Source: Octopus vulgaris
Taxonomy: Eukaryota
Direction: 5' to 3'
Assembly (NCBI GenBank): GCA_951406725.2
Contig: OX597828.1
Span: 70,122,001-70,186,000 of the forward strand
Length of the DNA: 64,000 nucleotides
The notes under the pieces were generated by a model. That model saw only the letters and a list, made by a program, of their open reading frames with translations, was not told the DNA's origin and did not search any database. This document shows positions 13,695-27,079 of the stretch, in pieces. Numbering within the stretch: the first letter of the stretch is position 1; each line of letters begins with the position of its first letter. The translations under genes were made by a program, and so were the position numbers.

Positions 13695-14107
13695 TGCACA
13701 GGAGTGGCTGTGTGGTAAGTAGCTTGCTAACCAACCACATGGTTCCGGGTTCAGTCTCACTGCGTGGCATCTTGGGCAAGTGTCTTCTGCTATAGCCCCG
13801 GGCCGACCAATGCCTTGTGAGTGGATTTGGTTGATGGAAACTGAAAGAAGCCTGTCGTATATATGTATATATATGTATGTGTGTGTGTGTACATGTTTGT
13901 GTGTCTGTGTTTGTCCCCCTAGCATTGCTTGACAACCGATGCTGGTGTGTTTACACCCCCGTCACTTAGTGGTTCGGCAAAAGAGACCGATAGAATAAGT
14001 ACTGGGCTCACAAAGAATAAGTCCCGGGGTTGATTTGCTCAACTAAAGGTGGTGCTCCAGCATGGCTGCAGTCAAATGACTGAAACAAGTAAAAGAGTAA
14101 AAGAGTA
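13695..14107 (+). mobile_element. tRNA-derived SINE, family A (near full length)
   Basis: Head GGAGTGGCTGTGTGGTAAG..GGGTTCAGTC, internal TA/TG microsatellite, (GTAAAAGA)n tail. Confidence 0.9.
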
Positions 14108-14304
14108 TTAGCAATGTGGAAATTAACAATAAGTTCAGTGATGACATTGGTGTGTTGATAGCACCCTACCCAGCCTTTTCTCTTTATTGAGTCATCCAGA
14201 TCATACAAAAATAGTTTAGAACTGGTTGTCCATACCATATGGGCTCATAAATTCTGGTGACTTAGTTCTTGATGGGTCCACCCGTAGCTGAGTCAGTCAA
14301 AGAT

Positions 14305-14575
14305 TCAGAGGAAATTCCAAACTAGGATGTATAACTTAGAATTGAGGGGCCTCAAAGTAAACTGAGCAATGACTAAAATTTTGGTAAATAGGAAAGAAGA
14401 CAGGATCCTACAACCATCAGCAAAGTGGTCATGTTAAATTGCAGAGAAGGAGTCAGTAGAAATTTCATGTGATTGACCCAGTGTAAGCTATGGATACGCA
14501 GAATATGTAGTGATCCCACAGTTTGACAGAGAAGATAGACTTTACATGTGGCAGATACACAAGAGCAATCAACAA
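14305..14575 (+). mobile_element. RTE-clade LINE ORF fragment (end of RT plus Cys-rich finger)
   Basis: LELRGLKVN*AMTKILV..KWSC..REGVSRNF..TQCKLWI..C, matching the GLKVN.xKTK + CxxC..CxxCxxWxH pattern, with stops and frameshifts. Confidence 0.6.
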
Positions 14576-14590
14576 GAGTACATATATATA

Positions 14591-14990
14591 TACTCTTTTA
14601 CTCTTTTACTCTTTTACTTGTTTCAGTCATTTGACTGCGGCCATGCTGGAGCACCGCCTTTAATCGAGCAACTTGACCCCGGGACTTATTCTTTTGTAAT
14701 CCCAGTACTTATTCTATCGGTCTCTTTTGCCGAACCGCTAAGTAACAGGGACATAAACACACCAGCATCGGTTGTCAAGCAATGCTAGGAGGACAAACAC
14801 ACACACGCATATATATATATATACATATATACGACGGGCTTCTTTCAGTTTCCGTCTACCAAATCCACTCACAAGGCTTTGGTCGGCCCGAGGCTATAGT
14901 AGAAGACACTTGCCCAAGTTGCCATGCAGTGGGACTGAACCTGGAATCATGTGGTTGGTAAACAAGCTACTTACCACACAGCCACTCCTG
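14591..14990 (-). mobile_element. tRNA-derived SINE, family A (near full length)
   Basis: Reverse complement of 13695-14107. Confidence 0.9.
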
Positions 14991-15022
14991 TAATATATAT
15001 ATATGTATATATATATTATATA

Positions 15023-15451
15023 GAGGGCACTTTTACACATAGATGCCACACATTAGGAGGGACCCTTAAAGGCAAAACTACTAAAATAAATAAACACATC
15101 GTACCGAAACCAATTCTCAAAGCAGGTCATTTAAAAACAGAATTTAACCACATATCACACTGTGATTTCGTTATCAGTGCAGTTTTATGCATTTTTCACT
15201 CCTCAGTGCAAGCATAATTCAAGATATATAATGAATGAATAAAAACAACATACTAGGCGAACAGCTATCGTATCTGACGCAGCATCTAGGAATGTTTACC
15301 TCTTACACATCTATGTAAATGGCGGGCTTTTTCGAATTCAAATGACCTGCTTCGAGAATTAGTTTCGGTACAATGTGTTTTTATTTATTTTAGTAGTTTT
15401 GACTTTAGGAGTCCCTCCTAATGTGTGGCATCTATGTGTAATAGTGCCCTC
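15023..15451. mobile_element. MITE with ~115 bp TIRs (GAGGGCAC...GTGCCCTC) in a (TA)n tract
   Basis: 15023-15135 is an inverted copy of 15338-15451, with TATA on both flanks. Confidence 0.85.
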
Positions 15452-15460
15452 TATATAATA

Positions 15461-15583
<123 letters not shown>

Positions 15584-15584
15584 G

Positions 15585-15690
<106 letters not shown>

Positions 15691-16262
15691 TAGATAGATA
15701 GATAGATATACATATGTGTATGTATATGTATATATATACATTGCATCCATCAATCCAGCCCATCATTCCTCCCTGAGTAGGTATTATTTTTGGTTTGAAG
15801 GAAATCCAAAACTGATGCAACATTGATTAATGATTAATGACTGCACAGTGGAAAGTAGCTACTACATGAATTATGCTACAGGACTTTGCTATTTGGATAA
15901 ATGGTAATGAAAGTATTTGGTAATCCCCTGCTGGAGTTATAGCCCCCTTCATATCTGAAGACCTTAGGGGTTGTACCCCTGACACCTTGACACTACTGCA
16001 CAAACACAAAACTGACCAAGTGATCAGTCCTGTGTTTGTGTTTGGGATGAGGTGGTGAAGCGTGACCTTTGAACGTTGGACCTCACAAAGGCAATGACAA
16101 AAGACCGAGACCTCTGGAGATATGCTGTGACTGCAAAAACCTGGCAAATAACATGAGTTCACAGCTGTATCCTACATCAGTTTGGCATAACCAGCCCCAT
16201 TGAGTCATTTTAGCCAGCTGAGTGGACTGGAGCAACATTAAGTTTAGAGTCTTTATAATGTA

Positions 16263-17174
16263 TTGGGTCATCCCATAAATAACGTGATTTTTTTATACTT
16301 CTTTTATTTTTCAAAATTACGATAAAGTTCTTTTTTAATCAAGAATATATTCTCCTTCATTTTCTATAATGCTCTTTCATCTATCTGGTAGATTTGCAAG
16401 GCCCCACTTCCAAAATTCATTTGTCTTTGATGAAAAATACTCCCCCAGTACTGTTCTGCAGAATTCATATTTTTTCTGTCCAAATGATTTTGAAGATTGC
16501 CAAATAAATGATAATTAGAAGGGGCAATGTCCAGCAAATATGGTGGATGAGGCATCATTTCCCATTCAAACTGCTCCAGCCTTTGGAATGTCATTTTCAC
16601 AGTATGTGGCTGAGCATTATCCTTATCTAAGAACACCTTTCATCCTGAAACCAAAGATGGTCATTTCCAGATGGCATGCAGGTGTCGATGTATGGATGAA
16701 TGACCAAATCCAAGCTTCTCTGCTAGTTTCTCAACAGTTATGATGGGATTGTGTTCCATCAAGGCTTGCAGGACATCTTTGTCGAGCTCTACAGATCTTC
16801 CAGTATAAGGCTTGTCTTCTAAGGCTGGAGCTTCCAGCTCAGAATTTCTGGAACCACCATTGACACTGGCTTAAGCCTATTGTCTGATCCCCATATACTG
16901 CATTAATATTCCTCCTACTTTCTATGATGCTGTTGCCTTTATTGAACTTATAAGGCAAAATATGCCAAATATGCTCCTTTGTCACTTCCATTATAGCTTT
17001 GAAACAATAACTGTTAAAATCAAACTGCACTCTTCAAAACTTGCACTAAGAATAAGTACAAGGTAAAATTACTACCTGCTTTTATAGTAAATTGATGCAG
17101 GTAGTTTATCCCATTCCAATCTGACTTTTAGTTCATGCAATTGAAAAAACTGCATTATTTATGGGATGACCCAA
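16263..17174 (-). mobile_element. Internally deleted mariner transposon (dead transposase)
   Basis: TIRs TTGGGTCATCCCATAAATAA / TTATTTATGGGATGACCCAA and TA TSDs (16261-62, 17175-76). Peptides MEVTKEHIWHIL..CQWWFQKF and DNAQPH..MPHPPYLLDIAPSNYHLF. Confidence 0.92.
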
Positions 17175-17448
17175 TATTTTCTGAGTGTAATGTACTTTCT
17201 GGACCAAGAATTGAACCTATGACCGTGTCATCAAAAGCTCAGTTGTCTAACCACTTGGCTAGCTGTCTTCTTGGTCCTTGAGTGAATGTAATTGGCATTG
17301 AATATCTGCAGCTGAGTGGGGTGAGGATGTGAAAGGAGGGAAAAGAAAAGAAAGAAGGGCTTTTTTTTTCTAAAGAAAATCAATTCTGCTTCTCAGGCTA
17401 CACACACACATATAAACACATATATACATATACATATATATATATACA

Positions 17449-17514
<66 letters not shown>

Positions 17515-17858
17515 TATATATATATATATGTATATATACACACACACACAAACACCCACACATGTACATAAATATGTTTAATCATGTGAAGTTTATTCCT
17601 CCGCCCCCATCTCCCCTCCTCCTCCTCCTCCTCCCCTTCTCCGCTTCCTCCTCCTCCTCTGTATTTTAAATATTGTTTGTTTTCTCAGTGTTTTTCCATT
17701 CCATTTGCAATGTGAAGACATTTTACATATGTTACAGATCTTTATCTCCCAACATTGAAGAGCTGCACACTCTCTGTCCCTCCCCCTCCCCCCTCCTCTC
17801 CTCCTCCTCCTCTTTCATTCTTTTCTCTCCATTTCCATTTCACTCTCCTTATATTCTT

Positions 17859-17891
<33 letters not shown>

Positions 17892-17949
17892 TTCTCTCTC
17901 ACTACAGTGGACATCATCTTTACATATTGACTGATGTCTACAGCTGATA

Positions 17950-18292
17950 TAGTAGACGTAGTAGTATTAGTAGTAGTAGTAATGGTGATGGTGGTGGTGG
18001 TGGTGGTGGTGGTGGTTGTTATGGTGATGGTACTAGCTGTACCAATGGTGATTGTGGTTGTGTTGGTAGTGGTGGGGCCTGAAGTGGCGGGGGTGGTGAA
18101 AGTGCTAGTTGTGATGGTATTGATAGTAGTGGTGGTGATGGTGGTAGGAGTTGTGGGGGTAGTAGTAGTAGTAGTGGTTGTGGTGGGAATTGTAACTGTA
18201 GTAGTACAGGTGGAGGTAGCTTCAGTGGTAGTAATACTGAAGGTGGTGATGATGGTTATAGCAATATTAGTGGCATTAGTAGCAGCAGCAGC

Positions 18293-18342
<50 letters not shown>

Positions 18343-18615
18343 ATGGTGGTGGTGGTAGATATGGTCGTGGTCGTGGTGGCTTTAGTAATAGTAGTAGTGG
18401 CAGTGGTGATGGTGGTGGTGGTGGTGGTAGTAGTAGTGGAGGTGGTGGTGGTGGTGGTAGTAGTAGTAGTAGTGATGGTCATGGTCATGGTGGCTTTAGT
18501 AGTAGTAATAGTAGTAGTGGTAGTGGTGATGGTGATGGTGGTGGTGGTGGTGGTGGTGGTAGTAGTAGTTCTAGTAGTAGTAGTAGTAGTAGTAGATATG
18601 GTGGTGGTGGTTGGT
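17950..18615. repeat. (GGT/AGT)n low-complexity tract
   Basis: Direct reading. Confidence 0.9.
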
Positions 18616-18711
18616 AAAATGTTTTATTAGTTGACCAAAAGAGAATGGGCAGTGCATCCGATTTTTGTAGCTCCTCATCCCAGGCTCATGAAATTAATGT
18701 GGTTTATATTC

Positions 18712-18975
18712 ACTTGACATTTGTAGCTTGACATCTTTTAGTTGAACATCTGTAGGTCAAGATCTGTTATTAGAGCAGCTACATCTTGTTAATTAATGAA
18801 TATTAACAGATTAACTTTTGTGCATTGAATATCTGTTGATGGACATCAATTGGTTGAATAATTGAAGGTCGATGCGTGTTTGTTAAACATTTGTTGATTT
18901 ACATCTGGAGGTGGACGTCTGTTGGTTGAAAGAGTTTACATCTGTAGATTGACAACTATTAGTTTAATATCTGTA
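18712..18975. repeat. Degenerate ~14 bp minisatellite (ACATCTGTAGNTTG-like)
   Basis: ACATCTGT / ACATTTGT / ATATCTGT recur at about 14 bp spacing. Confidence 0.6.
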
Positions 18976-18984
18976 TATCTTGGA

Positions 18985-19028
<44 letters not shown>

Positions 19029-19326
19029 CAGATAGACGGATAGGTTGATGGAGAAAGAGAGAAAGAAGAGAGACTGACAGAGAGACAAACAAAAAGACAA
19101 ATAGAGAGAGTGGAAAACAGAGAGAGAGAAAGAGAGAGAGAAAGAGACACACCAACAGATAGACAGAGAGAGAAAGAGAGAGAAACAAAGAGAGACAGAT
19201 TCACTGACAGAGAGACAAAGAGAAAGAGAGAGACAGACAGACAGACAGTGAGCGAGAAAGACAAAGACAGCAAGCAAGTCAGATACAGAGAAACAAGGAG
19301 AGGCAGATAGACAGACTAACAGAGAA

Positions 19327-19357
<31 letters not shown>

Positions 19358-20778
19358 TCGATGGAGAGAGAAAGGAGAGAGAAAGAGAGCGTGTATGAGT
19401 GAAAGAGAGAGTGTATGAGTGAGAAAGAGAGAGAGAGAGGGGGTCAGCTACAGACAATATGAATCGTTAAGGAATGACTGAGGCCATCAAGGAACTTAGA
19501 AGTGGAAAAACATGTTTGGATTGGGTTAAAAGTGATGAGGGGAAGCAAATGCGAGGGAGGAAGTATTTGCATTAATGATAAATAAATAAGCAGATCAATA
19601 GTCATATATTTATAAATAATTTGGAAGTTATTGTTATATTTCGGAAGAGACATACCTATAAAACCCATTCACCTGTTGTAGTTTCAATATGCTTCTTTTT
19701 CCAAAGAAAATCAACTGTTTGGGGTTGGGGAAGGTGATAAAGGTCAACTGTTTATCAACATTTGTGAGTTAGATATTTGTAGGTCAACATGAGGAACTAA
19801 AGAGAAAAGGGTTACACGGAAAGCAAGAGTCTCACCGAGTCGTGACTCTGCTGTTACATGACTCCATTGACTGTATGTTGATATGGGTCTGACAAGCTGC
19901 CTCAGAACCCACAAAAAGTGAAGCTGATAAGGTCATCTTCAGAAACATGAAGGAAGAACAGCACAGATCGAAGTGTATTCAATGAAATTCTATGCAAACA
20001 ACGAAAGGAAAGGGTGCTTAACGGCTTTATTAATATGCCTCTTCCGAAATATAACAATATTGGTCTCAATGCGAAGCTTCATATTAAAATTCTTGCAAAG
20101 CTAATTCAGATTCGAGTAATTTGAAAATGTAGTGGAGATTCGAACCCTCACTGCTAGATACTCGATTAGGCACCAAGAGTGAAACACCGCAGTTTCATGT
20201 AATTGATCTACAAACCGACCAATCAGCGTGAAGCTGTGGTGTGATATGGCTTGCTTGGATGTTTAAGAATTTACCCTCTTGCTGCTTTGTTTAAACCGAT
20301 TGGCAACTAATTCACCAGGCAACAAACAAATTCACAAGCCTCACCTCATGATGACCTCCGGAACTTGAGCAGACAGCTTTGGGCTTTTGCGCAGACAGAC
20401 TGATTCTGGACATTCACATAATATCCTAAAAGTATCTTCTACGGATGCAGCGTGGTTTTTCTCTCTTCCCAGATGGCAATCATTAATACCTTATCATTAT
20501 TAATATCCAGCATCAAATATATTATGCCTGGCAATAAATATTACAGTTAAAGGGTGTGAGTTTGCTTTAGTTATTCTACAAGCACCTTTCTTATAAAAAA
20601 CAAAAGAAGGTCCAGCAACGATATGATCTCTGCGACACAAGCAGCTCACCATGACAAAAGTATTGGAGGAAAAGTATATACAAAATAATACAATGAAATG
20701 ACACACCAAGAAGGATATTCTCCAAAAATTTGTGTCGCCTGGTTTTAAAGAAATTATCTCCCTTGTTTATTATTTTCA

Positions 20779-21156
20779 GAGAATTAATGCATTTGAGCTT
20801 CGGTGTTGGAGAAGACTTTTAGGGATTCCATGGACAGCGAAGCTCACCAATGGAGAAGTTCTTAACCAGATCAAGCCGAAACTGTCGCTAGAAGCTAGGA
20901 TCACCATGCATAGATTGACATATTTTGGTCATATTATGCGGAGAAAATCCCTGGAGAAGGACATCATGCTCGGAATGGTCAGTGGCAAGAGAGGAAGAGG
21001 CCGACCAAGAACCCGCTGGCTTGACACCATCAAGAGTGATACCGGAATGGACATAGCCAATCTGAAAGAAGCGACCCAGGATAGAACTGGCTGGAGGACA
21101 CTGATCCATCGAGTAACCGAGAGTCGACTTCGACTGAGCGGATAGATAGATAGACA
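20779..21156 (+). mobile_element. 5'-truncated RTE/BovB-like LINE, intact C-terminal frame
   Basis: RINAFELRCWRRLLGIPWT..TNGEVL..YFGHIMRR..LEKDIMLG..GKRGRGRPRTRWLD..WRTLIHRVT, then a stop immediately followed by a (TAGA)n tail. Confidence 0.92.
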
Positions 21157-22199
21157 GGGTTCGATAATTGCATTTGATTGAAATTATTCAACTCATTAAA
21201 GTACATATAGTGATATCCTTCCATATAGTGAGGAAATGACTGTTGTGTAGTAAACTTAATACAAAATACAAAAACGTGCAACAACATTTTCCAAATATTT
21301 GTTCTGATGCAGAACTTTAAACTAAACCAGGTGTCTTTAACTGACTAACGAACTAGACTCAAATAAACAACTTTAATTCTATAAACTAAAAGGTATATTT
21401 AATCCATGGTTTAAAATAATATTAAGGTTTAAAATCTTCAAGAAAATATTTATGTATGACAAGAGGCAGGGTGCAATTTATAATTTAATTAATTCTTTAA
21501 GATGAATTATAGTCAAAATTATCAATATTCTCCCTGCTATTAATACCATCTTTAGAATTATACATGTTTTGAAAAACTATTCAAATCTTTACTTTCCGAA
21601 AAGATTTAATCCACAATCGATATTAGGTGTCTTGTTCTTAAATAGTTTACACATTGTTGGAATAAATTCAAACAAACAACGGCCTATAACGATCTTATTG
21701 TCCACCAGGTCATCAAGACCCATGTACAGCTGATGTCACATCTTGAGGTTATATGCATCTTTCACTAAAGGCAGCCATATTAAGTCAATGTCGGCGATAG
21801 TTTTACTGATTAAATTTTCAATAAGTGTTGTATATACAGCTTCTTTAATTTTTCAAACTTTCTATTGTGTTTCTGTGTCTATTATGGAAATTTAATTGCG
21901 TGGAGGCGAATGATGAATACTTTTCCCACGCCACACAATGGCTACCATAAGTTTCAAACAATTAAGTGTATATTCTAAAATTTCTTAATCATCGTCTGAG
22001 AAAAGAATGGACTGACTAAACTTGTATTATTTAATTCCTCATTAAATAAGATACAAAAAAAATATCCATTAGTTATACATGGTAATGTCTTTGCATTATT
22101 TTAATTTGTTGTAATCTTTAGTCCTGCTAAAGTATTCAAAACACCATTGTATTTAGAACCAGAAGTGAAAAAACGTTATTATTAGCATAAACAACAGTT

Positions 22200-22640
22200 T
22201 ACTATTGAACGAAATAATATATTCATAGATCGATATCCAATGTAATATCCTTTTCACCCAATGATTTTTACGACATTTCTGAGCATGGATACAATCAGGC
22301 ATTGGCATCATAAAATGGTAATTTGTTTTCAAGAGTCTTTGAACACACTGGACAGATGGTTGAGATTCAACGCTTTCCATGCTTTGATGTCGTGATTGAT
22401 TTCATCCCAGTTCGATCGAAGAACTGAGCAGGCCGGGATATTAACTTAATAATTTGATCGGAAATAAACTGCTTGACTGAACGTTCGGTGATCTTGGGAT
22501 TGTTATCGTGCACCAGGATCAATTTGAGCGGTAAATGGTCAGAGAGAAATATGGAAAATAGATTGACGTCTCTGTCCCTGCCTTTGAACACTTCTTGATC
22601 CATCATATCGATGATTCAATTGAATGAGATCAAGATATTG
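22200..22640 (-). mobile_element. Degenerate Tc1-family transposase relic (DDE C-terminal half)
   Basis: HDNNPKITERSVKQFISDQIIKLISRPAQFFD resembles the Tc1 QDNDPKH..WPAQSPDLNPIE motif. TIRs were not found. Confidence 0.6.
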
Positions 22641-23622
22641 ACCTGAGAAGCCTCTCCACACCACTACTACACAACTTCTTCCTTCCTTTACAGTGTGTGT
22701 TCTGGAAACGTCTGAGATTCAGTTTCTTGTCAGGACAATGTCTCACTTATACTCTGCTGCCAGTTCTACACCGCTAAATCTTAAATTTGTCCCCTTTTTC
22801 ACTAAACCCCATATGGTAAGCATCCAATTTATGTAATCCCAGGCAAATTTAAGGCACACTTTACAGTTCTCCAAAGAAATAAATCCTTTGTTTGTTTGTT
22901 TTTCTTTTTGGCTAGACTCACCTGTTCCATCAAATTATTCAAGCTGCGTTGCTGATGGGTTGCTAACTGGCAAAGTCATTATAGAATCAGGCAGGATGCC
23001 TCACATTATCGATTTCGGTTCTTTTGTGTTCCGAGTTCAGATCCTGCTGAGGTCACTTTTACCCTTTATTATTTCAGAGTCGATAAAAAAGTAAGAAACA
23101 CGGGTGGCAGATTGGCTGGATGGTAAGAATGCTGCACAGGGAACTTTGCGGTCGTTGTTACAAAGCTTTGGGCTCTGAGTTCAAACTCATCCTTACCGGT
23201 TTAACAGCACCGCCTGGTCATTTGGGTACCTTTTGCAGAGTTCACTCTGATGCAAATATTCGGGACAGGTCACTAGTTTGAAGATACCTTCCTCGCTTCT
23301 TCCCACCAGTTTTGAAGGTCTGTTACAGTTAAAGGACAGTTTTCTTCTTGACCAGAAGAAGAAAAAAAAAAAAAGTTTCCATCAACAATCTGAGTCTGTT
23401 ACACATGTGCAGATATCAACTATAGTTGACATTTTGCTGTTGCACTTTAGCATTTCTTGGAGATGGTTTCTATGGAATTGGCACATCTGGAGAAGTCATG
23501 GTAAATGCCAATGTACTCTGTCGGGGACCAACACCCAGGGATATTTAGACCAATTTCAATGCAAAAGGATGTTCCTGTAGAGAATGCCCTCCTCCAGCAG
23601 CTAAACAATATATAATTATTTC

Positions 23623-23840
23623 AAGGTGGCAAGCTGGCAGAAACGTTAGCACTCCGAGCGAAATACTTAGCGGTATTTCTTCTATCTTTACGTTCCGAGT
23701 TCAAATTCTACCAAAGTCGACTTTGCCTTTCATCCTTTCAGGGTCAATAAATTAAGTACCAGTTGCATACTGGGGTCGATCTAATCGATTGGCCTCCTCC
23801 CCCCAAATTTCAGGCCTTGTGCCTTGAATAGAAAAGAATA
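23623..23840 (+). mobile_element. tRNA-derived SINE, family B
   Basis: AAGGTGGCAAGCTGGCAGAA..GAGTTCAAATTC..GTCGACTTTGCCTTTCATCC. Homologous copies occur elsewhere in the window. Confidence 0.85.
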
Positions 23841-24619
23841 TATGATTACTTTGTAGGTGACAAACCACATCAATCTCTCATCTTTGTGGTTACAATAAGC
23901 GAAGGGACGTGACCTTGTGATTAGGGTGTTGCACTAATGATTACAGAGTCATCGTTTCAATTACTGAACTGGTTCCATCAATAGCTGGGAAGTTAACAAT
24001 GCAAGGGACTAGCATCCCATTCAGAGTGGAGGAGTATTGTAATCTCAGCTCCTTATATTCCATGGAAACTGGTTTAATCCTGGTTTTATGAGTCCTAGTC
24101 GTTCGTGACATACCTAAGTGTCACCATAAGGATAATTCTTTAAAATATACATCAAATTCAACTGGAAATCACAACTTTAAACAAATTTTGTAATTTATTT
24201 TAAGCTTCTCAACTTATGGAGTTATGAAATTTAAAAACTGCTGAAGAATTCCAAGAAGATGATTTATATCTGTTGAGAGTCATTATACCAAGTGAGTTCA
24301 CATGAGGAATCTTGCAGACCAAATACAAGAACGAAATTTAATTACTGGTATTATCGAACAAACCCTTATCAGTATAAAATGTCATTTTAAAGTACTCGTT
24401 ATTTTCTTAACATTTTGATATATTGGACAGAGTTTTAGACTAGCTGTCCTTCGATGTTGCATATCTCATGGGGAAAAAAGAGGGCGCAGGAGTATAGATA
24501 AGAAAAAATTTTTTAAAATTGTAACTTTTAGAAAAAAAAATTCAGATTTATAATTTCCATTGTATGAAATGCAGGGATATTAAATAAATGAATAAATGAA
24601 TTGTTTTCTTCTTTTTCTA

Positions 24620-24900
24620 GTCATTCCGTCAGTGATGACGACGAGGGTTGCAGTTGATCCAATCAACGGAAAAGATTGCCCGTGAAATTAATATGAAAGT
24701 GGCTGAGTACACCACAGACACGTGCATCCTTAACTTAAGTTTCAGGAAGATTCAGCGTGACACGAAGTGTGACAAGGCTGGTCCCCATTGAATTACCGGT
24801 ACATCTCATTTTTATGAGCTGAGTGGACTGGAGGAGCATGAAATAAAGTGAAATAAAGGACAGAATGCACCACCGGGGATTGAACTCACAACCTTACGAA
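24620..24900 (-). mobile_element. SINE, family C
   Basis: GCTGAGTGGACTGGA core shared with 16070-16240 and 60600-60950, with a minus-strand box B-like GAGTTCAATCC. Confidence 0.65.
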
Positions 24901-25036
24901 GAGAGAATCAGGATTAAGTAAGCATGCATTCTGAGGCTTCTGCGTCCAGTTTTTAATCAACACCAAAAGGGCCTTCTTTTTTAAACATGTTGTTGCTATC
25001 GGTGGGATTAGAGCTCACAAAACCATGGGCCTTCAT

Positions 25037-25229
25037 ACTCTTTTACTCTTTTACTTGTTTCAGTCATTTGACTGCGGCCATGCTGGAGCACCGCCTTTAG
25101 TCCAGCAAATCGACCCCTGGACTTATTCTTTGTAAGCCTAGTACTTACTCTATCGGTCTCTTTTGCCGAACACTAGCATCGGTTGTCAAGCGATGTTGGG
25201 GGGACAAACACAGACACACAAACATACAA

Positions 25230-25270
<41 letters not shown>

Positions 25271-25436
25271 TACAATGGACTTCTTTCAGTTTCCATCTAC
25301 CAAATCCACTCATAAGGCTTTGGTCGGCCCGAGGCTATAGTAGAAGACACTTGCCCAAGGTGCCACGCAGTGGGACTGAACCCGAAACCATGAGGTTGGT
25401 AAGCAAGCTACTTACCACACAGCCACTCCTGCGCCT
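25037..25436 (-). mobile_element. tRNA-derived SINE, family A (young-looking copy)
   Basis: Close match to 14591-14990. Confidence 0.9.
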
Positions 25437-26023
25437 ATAGATAAATAAATAAACAAATAAAGGGTGAAACTAACTCTTTTCCTTTTCCATGAATTGTGGG
25501 ACTTCAAGGGTTAGCTATTCCATAACTCCAACATAAATAGTTACATTTTTATTTGAGAACTTTAAAAATACAAGCAATTGGAAAAATTGGGGCTGTCGGA
25601 TAACTGTAGTACTTGTTCCCTTTCTTTGTGATTTGTGAGATCAAATCCCGCCAATAGCAACTACACTTTTTTTAAAAAAATCCTTTTGGTGTTGATAAAA
25701 ATATGGACACAGAACCCTTAGAATGTATGCTTACCAAATCCTGATTTAGATGTTTCTCTCTTCATAAAGGTTTTCGAAGATCTTCGGAGCTAATCATTAG
25801 AGGCTGATCCATTGGTTTCTCCTTCATGAAACCTCTCAGACTTTCATGGAATGTTATTGATGCAGTTTTTATGTTCAATCTTTGTCTCACAGACTTGCTT
25901 TTTCCCCACTTCTGTCTTTTTACGCCTACGATAAAGCCCTACACATCTCAGATCTCGTTGATCTCACCACCCATTCAGATCTTCCCCTCTCTTCTTCTTT
26001 TTCTTCTTCTTCTTCTTCTTCTT

Positions 26024-26054
<31 letters not shown>

Positions 26055-26081
26055 TTATTATTATTATTATTAAGGCAATGA

Positions 26082-26538
26082 GCTTGCAGATTCGTTAGCA
26101 CGCTGGATGAAATGCTTAACGGCATTTCACCCGTCACTACGTTCTGAGTTCAAATTCCATCGAGGTCAACTTTGCCTTTCATCTTTTCGGGGTCGATTGA
26201 TTAAGTACCAGTTACATACTGGGGTCGATCTAATCGACTGCCCCCCCCCTCCCCCAAAATTGCGGGTCTTGTGCTTAGAAAAGAATAATTCTTTCTACTA
26301 TAGGTACAAGGTTCACCGCCTTTCCTTTCTACTGGGGGCACAAGGCCTCAAATTTGTGGAGAGGGGATTAGTTGATTACATCGACCCCAGTGTTTCTCTG
26401 GTACTTAATTTATCGACCCTGAAAGGATGAAAGGCAAAGTCGACCTCAGCGGAATTTGAACTCAGAACGTAGTGACGGGCAAAATGCAGTTAAGCATTTT
26501 GTCCAGAATGCTAATGATTCTGCCAGTTCGTTGCCTTA
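26082..26538. mobile_element. Two family B SINEs tail-to-tail (26082-26290 +, 26325-26538 -)
   Basis: Both carry the family B core, in opposite orientations. Confidence 0.85.
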
Positions 26539-26559
26539 ATGATAATAATAATAATAATG

Positions 26560-26595
<36 letters not shown>

Positions 26596-26602
26596 TAATA
26601 AT

Positions 26603-26647
<45 letters not shown>

Positions 26648-26648
<1 letters not shown>

Positions 26649-27076
26649 GAGAAATTAAGGCCAACAGACCAGATATAGTTGTCAGAGATCATGAAGAAAA
26701 AAATGCTTTCTAATTGATGTATCAATACCGGCAGATGACAACGTGTCTCTGAAAGAAATGGAGAAACTTTCAAAATACAAAGACCTGGAAATAGAGGTAA
26801 CCAGAATGTGGAATCTAAAAACAGAAACAATTCCTATCATAGTAGGTGCATTAGGCATGATAAAAAAATATTCAGACAAATACATAACAAAAACACCAGG
26901 ACTTACAAACACATATAACATACAGAAAATTGCATTACTAGGCACTGCACACATCCTATGCAGAACACTTTCCATACAATAACCATCAGAGCATCACAAC
27001 AAATCACAGCACATACCCAAGGCACACAGAGCTGCGCTCGGTAGTGCAGTGAAAGCACGATATAAAAATAAAACTA

Positions 27077-27079
<3 letters not shown>
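26648..27079 (+). mobile_element. 5'-truncated Dong/R4-clade LINE (restriction-like endonuclease C-terminus plus 3' UTR) in (TAA)n
   Basis: ANRPDIVV..(1-nt shift in the A-run at about 26700)..CFLIDVSIP.DDNVSLKEMEKLSKYKDLEIEV..IPIIVGALG..IQKIALLGTAHIL. Flanked on both sides by (AAT)n. Confidence 0.9.
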
